60,162 nucleotides of DNA, filler included, from 7 parts of 7 records of this genome joined end to end with filler, not necessarily neighbours in it, one strand, 5' to 3'; numbered from the whole stretch's first letter, positions 9,963 to 22,097 are shown. Translations and numbers: made by a program. The notes: generated from the letters alone by a model not told the origin.

Positions 9963-10306
9963 CTTGTTTTCCCTCGGTTTTCAAATCAGATGCCCAAACC
10001 GGAGAATCCAGCGTGGGTATGTCATGGGGTTTCGCCCTTTCACCCCCGTTTTGGCAAGACCTCCGACTGGCAAGCAATGCATTGGCCTCTAGGATGGTGC
10101 AGCTTTGCCACAGTCCCCACGCCTCCCCCGGTCAAAACATACCTTATACGCATTCGCGCGCGCGATATTTGCGGTTCCCGCGTCCAACCTTCCTCTGAAA
10201 TGCCGAAATGCCAGCTTCGTTAGAACCTGCGCCTATATAGAGGCTTGCTCCGCTAGTCAGGCTTGGGTAGGACAGAGCCTACAAAATATAGTGGGATTGC
10301 CTGACA

Positions 10307-11068
<762 letters not shown>

Positions 11069-11168
11069 NNNNNNNNNNNNNNNNNNNNNNNNNNNNNNNN
11101 NNNNNNNNNNNNTTAATTAATTAANNNNNNNNNNNNNNNNNNNNNNNNNNNNNNNNNNNNNNNNNNNN
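11069..11168. other. Artificial contig linker
   Basis: 44 N + TTAATTAATTAA (stops in all six frames) + 44 N. Confidence 0.98.
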
Positions 11169-14100
11169 CAGCCGGCGGAGGCACAATCGCCACCGTCAGG
11201 CTTGTTGAGCCCATATCACCTGAACCGTCATGCGTGAATGTAAAGGTTGCGATTGTTGTCGTATTACCATTATAAGTAATGCCGACGGCGTGTGCATCGG
11301 TCGCAGCAATAGGAGACAGGCTAAACGTCGTACCCGAGTTGATCACGATCTCAGGGATGTCAACTGTCATTGTTACAGTTGTCGTAAAGAAGAAGATCGG
11401 GAAAACATCGTTACCTGTAGCCGTAATGTGGTTGAATCCGTCAAACGAACTCAGGCTGACAGTAAACGTTGTCGTCGGTGTTGGTACGAGCGTCGTGTTG
11501 CCGCCATTGAAACCGTCAGTTCCAATGCCTTCACCGAAGTTACCACCAATCACACCGCTCATGGTACTGATACCAAGCTGGTTCGCCGTTGGAGCCAAAA
11601 CGGTAATTGATACCGTAGAACTCGCAAGCTGCACACCATCTGATGTAGCATTTTCAAGTGTAACGTTTGCACCACGCGCAAAGACGTCGTTGTTGTCGAT
11701 GACAAAGCTACCGGTAGTGGTAGCGGTTCCCGGGCCAAACTGTGGGAAACCTAGCGTTGCCGCAGAGGCAGTCATTGTATTGAAGCCCGTGAATACATCA
11801 ATGTTAGTCAGGACTTGCTCTTTTGGAGAAGAAAGTCCCGAAGCATTAAATGTACCGGATGTTACCAACAACTCAGCTGTAACACGTTCATCATGATATC
11901 CAGCTGGACCAATGATTAAGCGGTTACCCAATCCAGTCGCATCGTTAGCATTAAATCCATCGTTGGCATCTGAAGCCGTCGTTGAATACGCAAACGCTGT
12001 TGGAGGCGCAGGACAAACCGTGATCGTCACAGATGTTGACGAAAAGACATTCGTCGTTGCATCTGCAAGAGTCAGCGTGATTGTCGTTGGATTTTCACCA
12101 AGCCATTCAAATGTCAGACCACCGGACAATGTAACATCGCCGGACACAACCTGTGTGGTTGCTCCCGTTGTTGATCCAGGGAAGTTAGGATTGCCAAGCA
12201 GGCGGCTCCATACACCCGTCGTTGCAACGAGAATCGGTCCATTGTTTGCATTAGTTGCAGGCGGATTGATAAACAAGTTCAAGTGAACTGCATCTGTTGT
12301 AGTTGACAAACAGTTCAGCGTCGAGAAGAGGCTGAAGCCGATGTTATTCACAACGCCAGATGTCACCTGCAGGATTGTTCCGGTCGTAACCAGATCAGTA
12401 CCTGTTGTTGAACTCGTTGAAAACGCGAGAATCTCAGCTGGTGGAGGCAACAGAGTCACAGAAAGTGACGTACTGGCCAATCCATCAACGCTGAGTTCAA
12501 GTGTTCCAGTTGTATTTGCACCACCAGTATATGAGAACGTCAATGTTGTCTCATATACAGCGGCACCGTCGGTAAGAACAACTGTTCCTACAGTCTCACC
12601 ATCAAAAGTGAAGAGACCTGTTGTAGAAGTAGTTGATACCGCGCGCAAGTTGTCAAGTGCGTTCCAGGATGCAATCGTAACTGATACATCCTCTGTTTTA
12701 CCTGTCATCTGCACATTCAGATCACCGCCTTGAAAACCATCCGTAGCAGTTGTTGCCGTGGAGGAAAAGGCTACCAGAATTGCTTCTGGAGGTGAAAGCA
12801 GAATTGTTGTTGTTGTTGAACCAACTTCTCCACTTGGATCATCAATCGACAGCGTCACAACCTGTACTACCGCACCGGTGTAAGAGATCGTGATATTGTG
12901 ATTTGTCGTTGCGGATGCGTTGCTGAAAGTCAGCGACGTTCCCGAAACAAGAACTGGAGGAGTTGGATTAACACCTACCGGCGTCATCGACAGAGTCACT
13001 GTCGTTGAGTAACCCAACGGATCGTTACCGTTTGTGGCCGTCAGTACATTACAGAAGTCAAATGTACCGAGGTTCAAAGTAAGTGTTGTTGTTGCAGCAT
13101 CCATGTTAGCCGTTGTTCCACCAACGATTCCGTCAGTTTGAACGCGGCTTACGGTGCTAAATGCAAAGGCAATATCTTCTGGAACGAGAGCAGTAAATGT
13201 TGCGGACGTTCCTGCCATATTAGGATCGGCAAGCGATACCGTAATTACAGTCGAGCGTTGACCATTAAAGGCGACCATAACAACATTTACATCGGACGAA
13301 TTAACCGTACCGGCAGTCGTTGTTATGAAGTCTGCTGTTGTTGCAGTTGCACCACCACCCAAGAAATCTGGAACGGAGATAACTTCAACCGATGTAGCGC
13401 CTGTAGCGCTATATACGGCCGAGAAATCTGCAGTCGTTGCAGTTCTATCGTTCAGAGGGTTGAAGGTCGTTGCAAAAATGCCTATCCCATATGCACGAGC
13501 CGTGCCAGCAGGTGACGTTCCCGTCGTACATAAGAATGGGAACGAACCGTTTGTCGTCGTGTTAGCTACAACGAATCCGTTTGAATTCGTTGAAGCAGTT
13601 GACGAAAATGCAAGTCGGTCAGCAGGAATTGGCGAGACCGTTACGTTAACAACGGTGGAAGCCAGAATCGCACCGTTTACTGTCGCCAGCGTTACTGGAA
13701 CGGTTACAGGTGCTTCACCACGATAAAAGAATTGTACCGTAGCGGTTGAAAACGCATCCAGATCGAATGCGTCAATGCTTGCTCCAGTAGTCCCGGTTGC
13801 AGTCGTAGCGTTAAACGATACGCCACTGGACGTTGCAACCTGAAACTCCAGTTCGGTGTCTTGTGTGATACCGGCTGGGAAATTCTCATCATTAATAGTT
13901 TGGTAAGCCACCTCAACCAAGTCTTGCGACGTTGGTGTTAATGTCTCCCATCCACTCGTATTATAGGGGTTCAGGTCCGGCGCTGCCGAAGTTGAATATG
14001 CCAGCTTAGAAGCAGGCGGCCCTACAATGATTTCTGCAGTGGTTGTTAACACAGGGTTGTTACCACCCGTGATCTGACGGATACGCATTGTAACCGTCAC

Positions 14101-14988
14101 CGACGATGTTGACGTCGAGATGACAGTCAGCGTCGTGGAGCTGGTGAATTGGCCGGCACCTGAATTATAGGTGGCCTGTGTAGAGCCAATAAAGGAGACG
14201 AACTGAGCGTTCGTGCCTTCCAGCTGGTACTGAATTGTTTGGACACCACCATTAAAACAGGAGACCGAATAGTCATTCACCTGCATGGAGGTCATAATCG
14301 AAACAAACGGGATTCCATTACCAACGCGTGGCGTTGGACTGAAAGCTCCGTTAGTACCCACTTCTCCGTTAATCGAGCCGTAAACAGCTTGGCATGTTTG
14401 AGCTTCAGCAACATGTGGTGTTGCAAGACCAAACATGAAAATCGCAAAAACGCCAAAAGCGCCAGCTAATGCGGCGCGTCTTGTAAACGTCGTTGCGATC
14501 GATTTTGGTTGACATCGGGATGGTTCCGATGCTTGGGTGATACCGCCGGAGCCCCGCGGCAAGGTATTGGGCAACGCACGACTTCGACCGCCAGGGGCGG
14601 CAGATGCATCACGTGGCGTTGCGCCGAGAACAGTCATACGATTCAGAAACGAAGATTTCTGCCGTGCTGAAACAGCACCAACAGAAGCCAGCGCACCGAT
14701 CGTTGCTGTCCCCAACAAACGAATCAGGTTGAGTAGCAGAGCAACCATGGGTATTGAAACTCCAGTAATTGATGAGTTGAAGGTTGTATTTTTTGATCGA
14801 AGTTGTATCAAAGAAGTGGGTGTATCCGAGAATGTATTTCGATCCCGACAGTTTTCATTTCCTTTATTACCGGATAGAAATGAGCACCACGAGTTGATTG
14901 CCGCCAGGATAGCGGTAGATGTAAGTTGGTTTGCCGAGTTCCCTGAATGGGTATTATCTGAGTGTGAACTGTAACTGTCGCCAGTCAT
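11169..14988 (-). CDS. Giant Thr-rich secreted/surface protein with tandem ~115-150 aa beta-rich repeats; 3' end cut, start uncertain
   Basis: Open for >1270 codons. TRRAAL + hydrophobic stretch + AEA-Q signal at ~14490-14398. Recurrent ST(T/S)(V/L)x(V/I)T(V/L)xPPxAxxxAFST...DGF motif. Candidate starts are 14988, 14748 and 14637. Confidence 0.8.
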
Positions 14989-15856
14989 GCATTAACCTGT
15001 CAGATATTGGACAAAAGGACTCAGATAGCTGGAGCGTCAGTCTAATCCTTTAAAGCCATTCATTGTGTGGTACTGAACCCGTCAGCATCACATGGGAAAC
15101 CCATTATAGATTTGTCGCAGTTTGAGAGACAATCGCTCTTATCCCCGAAATACAGCATTGCGGACAAATTTACGGCGCTCCCACCGCAATCCAAAGAAAA
15201 AAATCCCTAGCAGGCACAGTATCCATGCTGCAAAAGTGTACGCATTCGTAACATCTTCCGCACGGATGGTGCTCTGCCTGAATGCCGCTGCCGCTGCGTC
15301 AACTCGTAACGCCCGGATCATCAACCAGCCCGGAGACTACATGATCCAGTTTTAACAACGACGGGACTTCCCGGATGACGGGTAGAAGTCAACAAAAGAA
15401 CGTGATCGGCACTGATTCGAATACTGGATTCGTCCTGATGTCAATATCGCCTGACGGCATATCAACGGAACATCGGCCGCGCAAACAAGACACGATCACA
15501 AATCATGCCAAAACTGGACTTGGGAGGGTCCAGTGTTGCGCTACCATCCAGTTTGGATCGAAGCGTCGCTCAGTGTGGGTGTGCAGTTTTGGGTTAAACT
15601 CGCTTGTGTATAAGCATCATCCAAAGTGCTGCTATCTTTGGACTAGGGCGAAATTACGCGGCAATTGGTAAGAAATGCAAGAAAAAAATTCAGATGGGTG
15701 TTGAATAATTGAATTTTAACAAACATCTGAGGCAAATCCGCTTACTTGTTGCAGTACAATAAGTAAGCATTTAGAACCGCGCAAGTTATTACTCTGGTTG
15801 ACTTTGTACGATTGGCCACTTTTAGCCAAACCCGAAATCATCCAGCAAATCGCCTG

Positions 15857-17053
15857 TTATTGGCCAATTAGCCCTAATTCGCGCCCTACCGACGCAAATA
15901 CCTCCACCAGGCGATCGATATGCTCAGGCTGATGCGTTGCCATGTAACTCGTTCGCATCATACTGAGATTCGGCGGCACTCCAGGTGGGATGAAACAATT
16001 CACAAATACATTGTGGTCGTAGAGCTTACGCCAAAACTGGAGCGCCGTATCCACGTCACCAACGATGACCGGTACAATTGCCGTCGGACTCTCGACAACA
16101 TTGAACCCTAATTCAGCAAACTCCCTGCGTACACGGTCCGCCACTTGAATCAAGGTCTGAACGCGCTCAGGCTCCTGCTCCAGTATGTCCAGAGCCGCCA
16201 ATGCCGCCGCACACGAAGGTGGAGTGGGGCTCGCGCTAAATATCAGCGCGGGCGAAATATGCTTCAGATAATTGATCACGCGCTCAGGCCCGGCAACAAA
16301 TCCACCCAAAGAGGCAAATGTCTTCGAAAACGTGCCCATCGTCATGTCCGTGCGGTCAACCATCCCATAGTGACTGGCCGTTCCACGGCCACCTTCACCT
16401 ATCACGCCCGTAGCATGTGCATCGTCAACCAAAACACGTGCCCCATGGGCTTCCGCCAGCTCTACCAGCCGCGGAAGGTGCACCAGCTCTCCGCTGACGG
16501 AAAATACACCGTCAGTCACAATAAGTTTGTTGGCGCCCTCAGGAATACGCTTCAGTACACGCTCCAAATCGTCCATATCGTTGTGACGATAGCGCACAAA
16601 TTCAGCAAAGGCACCCTTGGCCATCATGGCAGCATTGATAATGCAGGCGTGGTTTTCCTTGTCTGAGATGAGATAGTCCCCCTTAGTGACCAAACCGCTG
16701 ATGGTGCCTAATGCGGTTTGGTACCCAGTGCTGAACAACAACACAGACTCATATCCCAGAAACTTGGCCAGACGCTCTTCCAGCTCTACGTGAAGGTCGA
16801 TTGTCCCCGTCAAATAACGCGACCCGGAACAACTGGTGCCATACTTCTCCAAAGCCTGCCGCGCTGCGTCCTTGACGCGCTCATCAGATGTCAGACCCAG
16901 GTAATTGTTTGACCCCGCCATGATAACATCGCGGCCCTCCATGCGCACTACAGGCCCCTCATTGTCCTCTACCACACGAAAATATGGGTAGAGGCCCAAG
17001 GCCTTGACCTCGTCGGCACGGTTAAACTGACGGCACTTTTCAAATATATCCAC
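15857..17053 (-). CDS. spt: Alpha-oxoamine synthase, probable serine palmitoyltransferase
   Basis: [44 protein letters not shown] (PLP lysine). The N-terminal YPYFR pattern resembles Bacteroidota SPT. AGGAG RBS before GTG 17053. Confidence 0.7.
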   Translation of the reverse strand: MDIFEKCRQFNRADEVKALGLYPYFRVVEDNEGPVVRMEGRDVIMAGSNNYLGLTSDERVKDAARQALEKYGTSCSGSRYLTGTIDLHVELEERLAKFLGYESVLLFSTGYQTALGTISGLVTKGDYLISDKENHACIINAAMMAKGAFAEFVRYRHNDMDDLERVLKRIPEGANKLIVTDGVFSVSGELVHLPRLVELAEAHGARVLVDDAHATGVIGEGGRGTASHYGMVDRTDMTMGTFSKTFASLGGFVAGPERVINYLKHISPALIFSASPTPPSCAAALAALDILEQEPERVQTLIQVADRVRREFAELGFNVVESPTAIVPVIVGDVDTALQFWRKLYDHNVFVNCFIPPGVPPNLSMMRTSYMATHQPEHIDRLVEVFASVGRELGLIGQ

Positions 17054-17255
17054 GTGTACACTCCTGCTTTCACTAATCGCAATCGTCAAAATTACGAAAA
17101 TATTTCCGTATTCAATCCTTCACAGCACAGCGGTAACAGGCTTGTTTGACGCGCCATCGGCACAATAATTTCGTGCGAGATGACTCTATAGCTCGTATCG
17201 AAAAAATCCTCGCAGACTGGTGCGCCTCCTTAGACATGATTGCAAAATATACCGT

Positions 17256-19643
17256 ATGACGGCTACAAACGATACTCTGACCGACATTGACCGCAAAGCT
17301 CGCGAACACGAATCCATTCCTCGCAGGCTTTCCGTATTGCCTTTGCGCGATATCGTAATCTTCCCAAACATGATCTTTCCGATCCTGATTGGACGTGATT
17401 CATCCCTGAAAGCCGTGGCTAAAGCCCTGGAACGGGATAAATTTATCTTCCTGACAGCGCAAAGGGACGTCAGCGTGGACGAACCCGGCAAGGACGACCT
17501 GCACCGCTTCGGCACCGTCGCAAAAATCATCCAGCTGATTCGCCTGCCTAATAACCTGTTAAAAATCCTGGTCGATGGTGTTGCTCAGGGCCGCGTGCGT
17601 CGCTACTACAACATCAAAGACCACCTGGATGGAGACATCGAGTTAAACAACTCAGGAGCAGGTGAAGAAACGACCACAGAAATGCAGGCAATGATCCGGC
17701 ATGCAATTGAACTCTTTCACAAATATGTTAAAGTCAATCGCAACGTGCCGCCCGAAGTCAGCATGGCGTTTGATAACATCGACGACCCTTCGCGCAAGAT
17801 GTATTATGCCGCTGCCAACATCCAACAGGATGTAGCCGCCAAACAGCGCATACTCGAAAAATTCTCCCTCAAAGAACAATACTTCGAGTTAATTTCAATA
17901 TTAACATCTGAGATCGAAGTTCTCGAAATTGAGCAGGACATCGACGTCCGCGTTCACGATACAATTCAAAAAGCACAAAAGCGCTTTTTCATCCAGGAGC
18001 AAATTCGTGCGCTGCAGCAGGAACTCGGCGAAGACGATGACGCATTCCCCGAGTTAAGCAAACTGCGTGAACGCCTCGAACAAGCCGAACTGCCCGAAGA
18101 AGTTAAAGCGCGCGCCGATGAAGAATTCCAGAAGTTAAAAAAGATGCCTATGATGTCGCCCGACTTCGGCGTCATCCGCAACTACCTGGACTGGATCAGC
18201 AAAGTCCCCTGGTCCAATCGCACCGACGACCACCTGGATGTTAACCACGTCCGCGAAATCCTCGACGCCGATCACTATGGGCTCGAAAAAGTTAAAGACC
18301 GCATCCTCGAATACATTGCCGTCTTAAACTTAACACAAAACATTTCCGGTCAGGTCCTGTGTTTTGTAGGCCCACCGGGAGTTGGTAAAACATCCCTGGC
18401 CAAATCCATCGCGCGCGCCGTCGGCCGTAAATTCGTGCGCATCTCCCTCGGTGGCGTTCGCGATGAAGCCGAAATCCGTGGCCACCGCCGCACCTACATC
18501 GGCTCAATGCCCGGCAAGATCATCCAAAGCATGAAACGCGCCGAAACTGTCAACCCCCTCATCCTCCTTGATGAAGTTGACAAAATGGCGATGGACTTCC
18601 GTGGCGACCCATCCTCCGCGCTTCTTGAAGTACTGGACCCTGAGCAAAACACAGCATTCAACGACCACTACCTGGAAGTTGATTACGATCTTTCAAATGT
18701 CTTATTCATTTGCACGGCAAATGTTAAATACGACATTCCTGCGCCGCTTCTGGACCGCATGGAGATCATCGAGCTCTCATCTTACCTGGAGCCTGAAAAA
18801 ATCCAAATCGCGCGGCAGCACATTATCCCGCGCCAGCTTAACAAACAAGGCCTCGATAAACTTGAGATCAATCTTAAGGACAAGGCCCTGCAAACCCTGG
18901 TGCGCGAATATACACGCGAAGCCGGTGTACGGAACCTCGAACGCCAGATCGCTTCCGTCTTCCGCAAAATTGCCAAACAGGTCGTCAGCCGCATCGGCAA
19001 AACCAAACGCAAAAAAGTTAAATACGAAATCAATGCCGAAGACGTTAAGTCCCTGTTAAAAGCTCCGCCATTCCCCGAAAAACGCCGCGAGTTAAGCGAC
19101 AAAGTTGGCGTCGTAACAGGTTTGGCCTGGACCAGCACCGGTGGTGACGTCCTGCCCATTCAGGTAACCATGATGCCGGGCAAAGAGCGTTTAACATTAA
19201 CGGGTCAACTCGGTGATGTCATGAAGGAATCCGCTGCAGCCGCACTATCTTATGTGCGCTCCAACTGGGAAGCCCTCAGCGTGCCGCAGCACTTTGCCAA
19301 AGACCGTGAAATCCACCTGCACGTGCCCGAAGGCGCCATCCCCAAAGATGGGCCGTCCGCAGGTGTCACCATGACCATGGCTCTCATCTCAGCGGCAAGC
19401 AATAAGCCGGCACGCGGTGACGTAGCTATGACCGGTGAAATTACCCTGCGTGGCGATGTCCTGCCTATCGGTGGCTTAAATGAAAAACTCCTCGCCGCCA
19501 AACGCATGGGCATGCGCACAGTCCTGATACCCAAAGACAATGAGCTGCAATTGACGGACATCAAAGAAGAAGTCAAAAAAGGCCTGGAAATCGTTCCTGT
19601 AGCGGATGCAATGACGGCCCTGCCCTACGTCTTCAAGAAATAA
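17256..19643 (+). CDS. lon: ATP-dependent Lon protease
   Basis: LPLRDIVIFP, Walker A GPPGVGKT, LLDEVDK, PKDGPSAG (catalytic Ser), GGLNEK. Confidence 0.97.
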   Translation: MTATNDTLTDIDRKAREHESIPRRLSVLPLRDIVIFPNMIFPILIGRDSSLKAVAKALERDKFIFLTAQRDVSVDEPGKDDLHRFGTVAKIIQLIRLPNNLLKILVDGVAQGRVRRYYNIKDHLDGDIELNNSGAGEETTTEMQAMIRHAIELFHKYVKVNRNVPPEVSMAFDNIDDPSRKMYYAAANIQQDVAAKQRILEKFSLKEQYFELISILTSEIEVLEIEQDIDVRVHDTIQKAQKRFFIQEQIRALQQELGEDDDAFPELSKLRERLEQAELPEEVKARADEEFQKLKKMPMMSPDFGVIRNYLDWISKVPWSNRTDDHLDVNHVREILDADHYGLEKVKDRILEYIAVLNLTQNISGQVLCFVGPPGVGKTSLAKSIARAVGRKFVRISLGGVRDEAEIRGHRRTYIGSMPGKIIQSMKRAETVNPLILLDEVDKMAMDFRGDPSSALLEVLDPEQNTAFNDHYLEVDYDLSNVLFICTANVKYDIPAPLLDRMEIIELSSYLEPEKIQIARQHIIPRQLNKQGLDKLEINLKDKALQTLVREYTREAGVRNLERQIASVFRKIAKQVVSRIGKTKRKKVKYEINAEDVKSLLKAPPFPEKRRELSDKVGVVTGLAWTSTGGDVLPIQVTMMPGKERLTLTGQLGDVMKESAAAALSYVRSNWEALSVPQHFAKDREIHLHVPEGAIPKDGPSAGVTMTMALISAASNKPARGDVAMTGEITLRGDVLPIGGLNEKLLAAKRMGMRTVLIPKDNELQLTDIKEEVKKGLEIVPVADAMTALPYVFKK

Positions 19644-19656
19644 TCAGCATAAAACA

Positions 19657-19694
19657 TCAGGCGTTCAGCCGCTACCAAACTGCTGAACGCCTGA
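19657..19694 (+). terminator. 13-bp perfect hairpin after lon (terminator or stabiliser)
   Basis: TCAGGCGTTCAGC-N12-GCTGAACGCCTGA. The U-tract is weak. Confidence 0.55.
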
Positions 19695-20184
19695 ACTCTT
19701 ACAGCAACATTCCGCCTGCCGCGCTTGCCTGTACCACACAAAAACCCCACCTTGGGCAACAGCCGCCGGGCAGCACACACCGCCACCTGGGCGGACCGGC
19801 AACCGGCAATCGACTAAACGGAATCTCACTCCGCATCCCAACAATAAAAATACTCTGGACCCGGTGCCTGGTAGCTGCCGACACAAAAACTAGCAAAAAG
19901 CTCAAAAAGCAAGCCGGAGTAATCGACGGCGAAGCAGGCACGCTCAGAAACAGGGCTACAAGCACAAAAGCCAGAACAGGCAGCACGGGGCAGCTTAATA
20001 CACGGCCGGCCTCACCTGCTGCCCTTACAGTGCGTTTTAGCTGCACTTGGCGACATAATGCCCACAAAATTGTCATGACAACACATTTGAGCCGAGAAAA
20101 TCGGTCTGGGATGCAACTCAGGGAGAACTGCCCACTCTTCCGTATATTGCCTCCATCGTTCGTGCAACAGCTATGGAAAGATTT

Positions 20185-21405
20185 ATGCAGAGAATTTACC
20201 TCCCGTTCTTGTGTTTGCTCCTCTCAGGCCTCGCCGGCACTACTAAGGCCATAGCGCAGGACGAGCAACCCGTCGCCAACCCCCTGGCGGTTGAACTGAC
20301 GCGCATGTTGGCTAAGGACATCTTTGAGCTCAACAGCATTCCCTTCCTGGAGCCACTTGTTGTAGCTGCTAACGCCTCAACGAATGCAGGTTTCTATCGC
20401 AGCGCATGGATCCCGAAGGAAGACACACTGTACTTCCGCTTCAGCGTCGTCGCAATGGGTGGTTTTGTCGGCGAAAACCGCCAATTCTACACTCCTGCCC
20501 TGCCAACGAATCCAGGCGAACCCAACCCCAATCAAAGTTTGGTTGAGGCAGTCTACAACGAAATGCTCAGCATTTTTGCCAGAGGTGTCGCATCCGGCGA
20601 TATTAACATCCCACCTCAGGCTGCGACAATTTTTGGCCCCACCGAACGCGCAAAGTTTACGATTCCAACCGACTACCTTTTACAGGAAGTTCAGGAGTCA
20701 GACTTCTACAAAGGTTTCCCCTTCCTGCAAGATGATATCGATGATGTTGTTAAAGCACTTCCGCAGGACCAACAGCTACCGGGTGGTGCGGACATGAGCG
20801 TGATTGTTGCCGCCGTACCCCAAATTGAAATTGGTGCTTTTATGGGAACTGAAATTCTGCTCCGTTACATTCCACCAGTCCGCTTCGATGACAACGTCGG
20901 CGACTTAACATTTTTTGGCACAGCCATCCGTCATTCCATTTCGCAATACTTAGGCGACACACCGCCACTGGACCTGGCAATTCAGGCCGCATATCAAACT
21001 ACTTCGATCGAAAATACGATTGGCGTAACCGAAGCTAAACTGGAAGCGAATGCAGACATCTTTAACTTTAACATTCACGGCAGTAAAACATGGGACGGAT
21101 TTACAACCTACGCCGGCCTGGCATTCGAGCGCATCGAAGTAGCAACCGACTACACCTATGCACTTCCATTCGAGACACAAATTTCGCTCAACCTTGTTAA
21201 ACGCATCGATCCCGACACATATGTCGTGGAGGAACCAGATTACCCTGGTGACACGGTCCCGCAAACAAGTAGCGTTACAATTGAGGACAACAACCTCAAA
21301 GCAACCATCGGCGCAATGTACACTCTCGACCCCGTCAGTATTTTCATCGACTACAGCATCAGCGAGTTCGACATCTTATCCGGCGGCCTGATGGTATCGT
21401 TCTAA
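20185..21405 (+). CDS. Outer-membrane beta-barrel protein (DUF6588-like)
   Basis: Signal peptide ending AIA-Q, VPQIEIG...TEILLRYIPP, alternating beta strands, C-terminal GGLMVSF. Family name recalled. Confidence 0.65.
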   Translation: MQRIYLPFLCLLLSGLAGTTKAIAQDEQPVANPLAVELTRMLAKDIFELNSIPFLEPLVVAANASTNAGFYRSAWIPKEDTLYFRFSVVAMGGFVGENRQFYTPALPTNPGEPNPNQSLVEAVYNEMLSIFARGVASGDINIPPQAATIFGPTERAKFTIPTDYLLQEVQESDFYKGFPFLQDDIDDVVKALPQDQQLPGGADMSVIVAAVPQIEIGAFMGTEILLRYIPPVRFDDNVGDLTFFGTAIRHSISQYLGDTPPLDLAIQAAYQTTSIENTIGVTEAKLEANADIFNFNIHGSKTWDGFTTYAGLAFERIEVATDYTYALPFETQISLNLVKRIDPDTYVVEEPDYPGDTVPQTSSVTIEDNNLKATIGAMYTLDPVSIFIDYSISEFDILSGGLMVSF

Positions 21406-21438
21406 GTCACACTTAACATACCAATTAACAATTCTCAC

Positions 21439-21474
21439 AAGGCGTAACCCATTCAAGGTTTCGCCTTTCTTTTT
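21439..21474 (+). terminator. Intrinsic terminator
   Basis: AAGGCGTAACC...GGTTTCGCCTT followed by TCTTTTT. Confidence 0.7.
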
Positions 21475-21539
21475 ATGGTCACATCTTGCCGCGCCCAAGT
21501 CCAGCCGACAAATGCCAATCCAGGCAGCTGCACAAGACC

Positions 21540-21605
21540 GCTTTGAGCCCTCTGCTGCGCATCGTTCTCAGGCTCTTTGATTTTCTTGTTAGTCATCGGG
21601 AGTTA
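21540..21605 (+). repeat. Intergenic repeat element, copy A
   Basis: GCTTTGAGCCC-N15-TCTCAGGCT...TGA...TTCTTGTTAGTC. Aligns with copies at 23113 and 31691. Confidence 0.6.
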
Positions 21606-22097
21606 AGCCACCAGTTCATTCTCCATCAGATGCTTTGCAGATGCTTTGCAGACTGCCCGTCACAAACAGCAGGCAGTTCACCAAACCCCAGACCCTGGCT
21701 TCGGGTCTTCTGCCTTCTAAACTCTGAAAACAACGACTACCAGCATTTTGGTCAAAAAAAAAGACGCCAGACTTAACACAAACGGTTAACAACCGCCTAA
21801 CGTCGCTTGACCTTCACCGGGGCTAAAGGACTTGCATTATTTGTGTTCCGGCTTTCGGCATTAAGAATCAACGAAGACAATCTTACGCCAACTGTCAATT
21901 TTAACATCTAAACAATTTGGCCACCAGCAATACATTCAAAAACTTCTACCCAAAAAGCTGAGAGCTGTGTCGCAAAACCAGAATTTCAACTGACAGAATT
22001 CGATCTGAATAGTTGGCGATTATTGGAGTGATGTTACGTAAGATTCCTTGGATTCAAATCATAAAGTCACCCGGATCCAGCCCTAAGGGCTCGACCC

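Noticed and set aside
11113-11124. TTAATTAATTAA palindrome repeated six times
   Set aside because: Artificial six-frame stop linker inside N runs. It was excluded from the TTAA counts.
15139-15324. 61-aa ORF with one hydrophobic stretch
   Set aside because: No clear RBS or recognisable motif. It cannot be supported without homologues or Ribo-seq.
19699-20076. 125-aa hydrophobic minus-strand ORF
   Set aside because: Hydrophobicity is explained by the G/T-rich minus strand. No motif or RBS.
21627-21654. 11-nt tandem duplication CAGATGCTTTG
   Set aside because: Only two copies, consistent with slippage. No further support.
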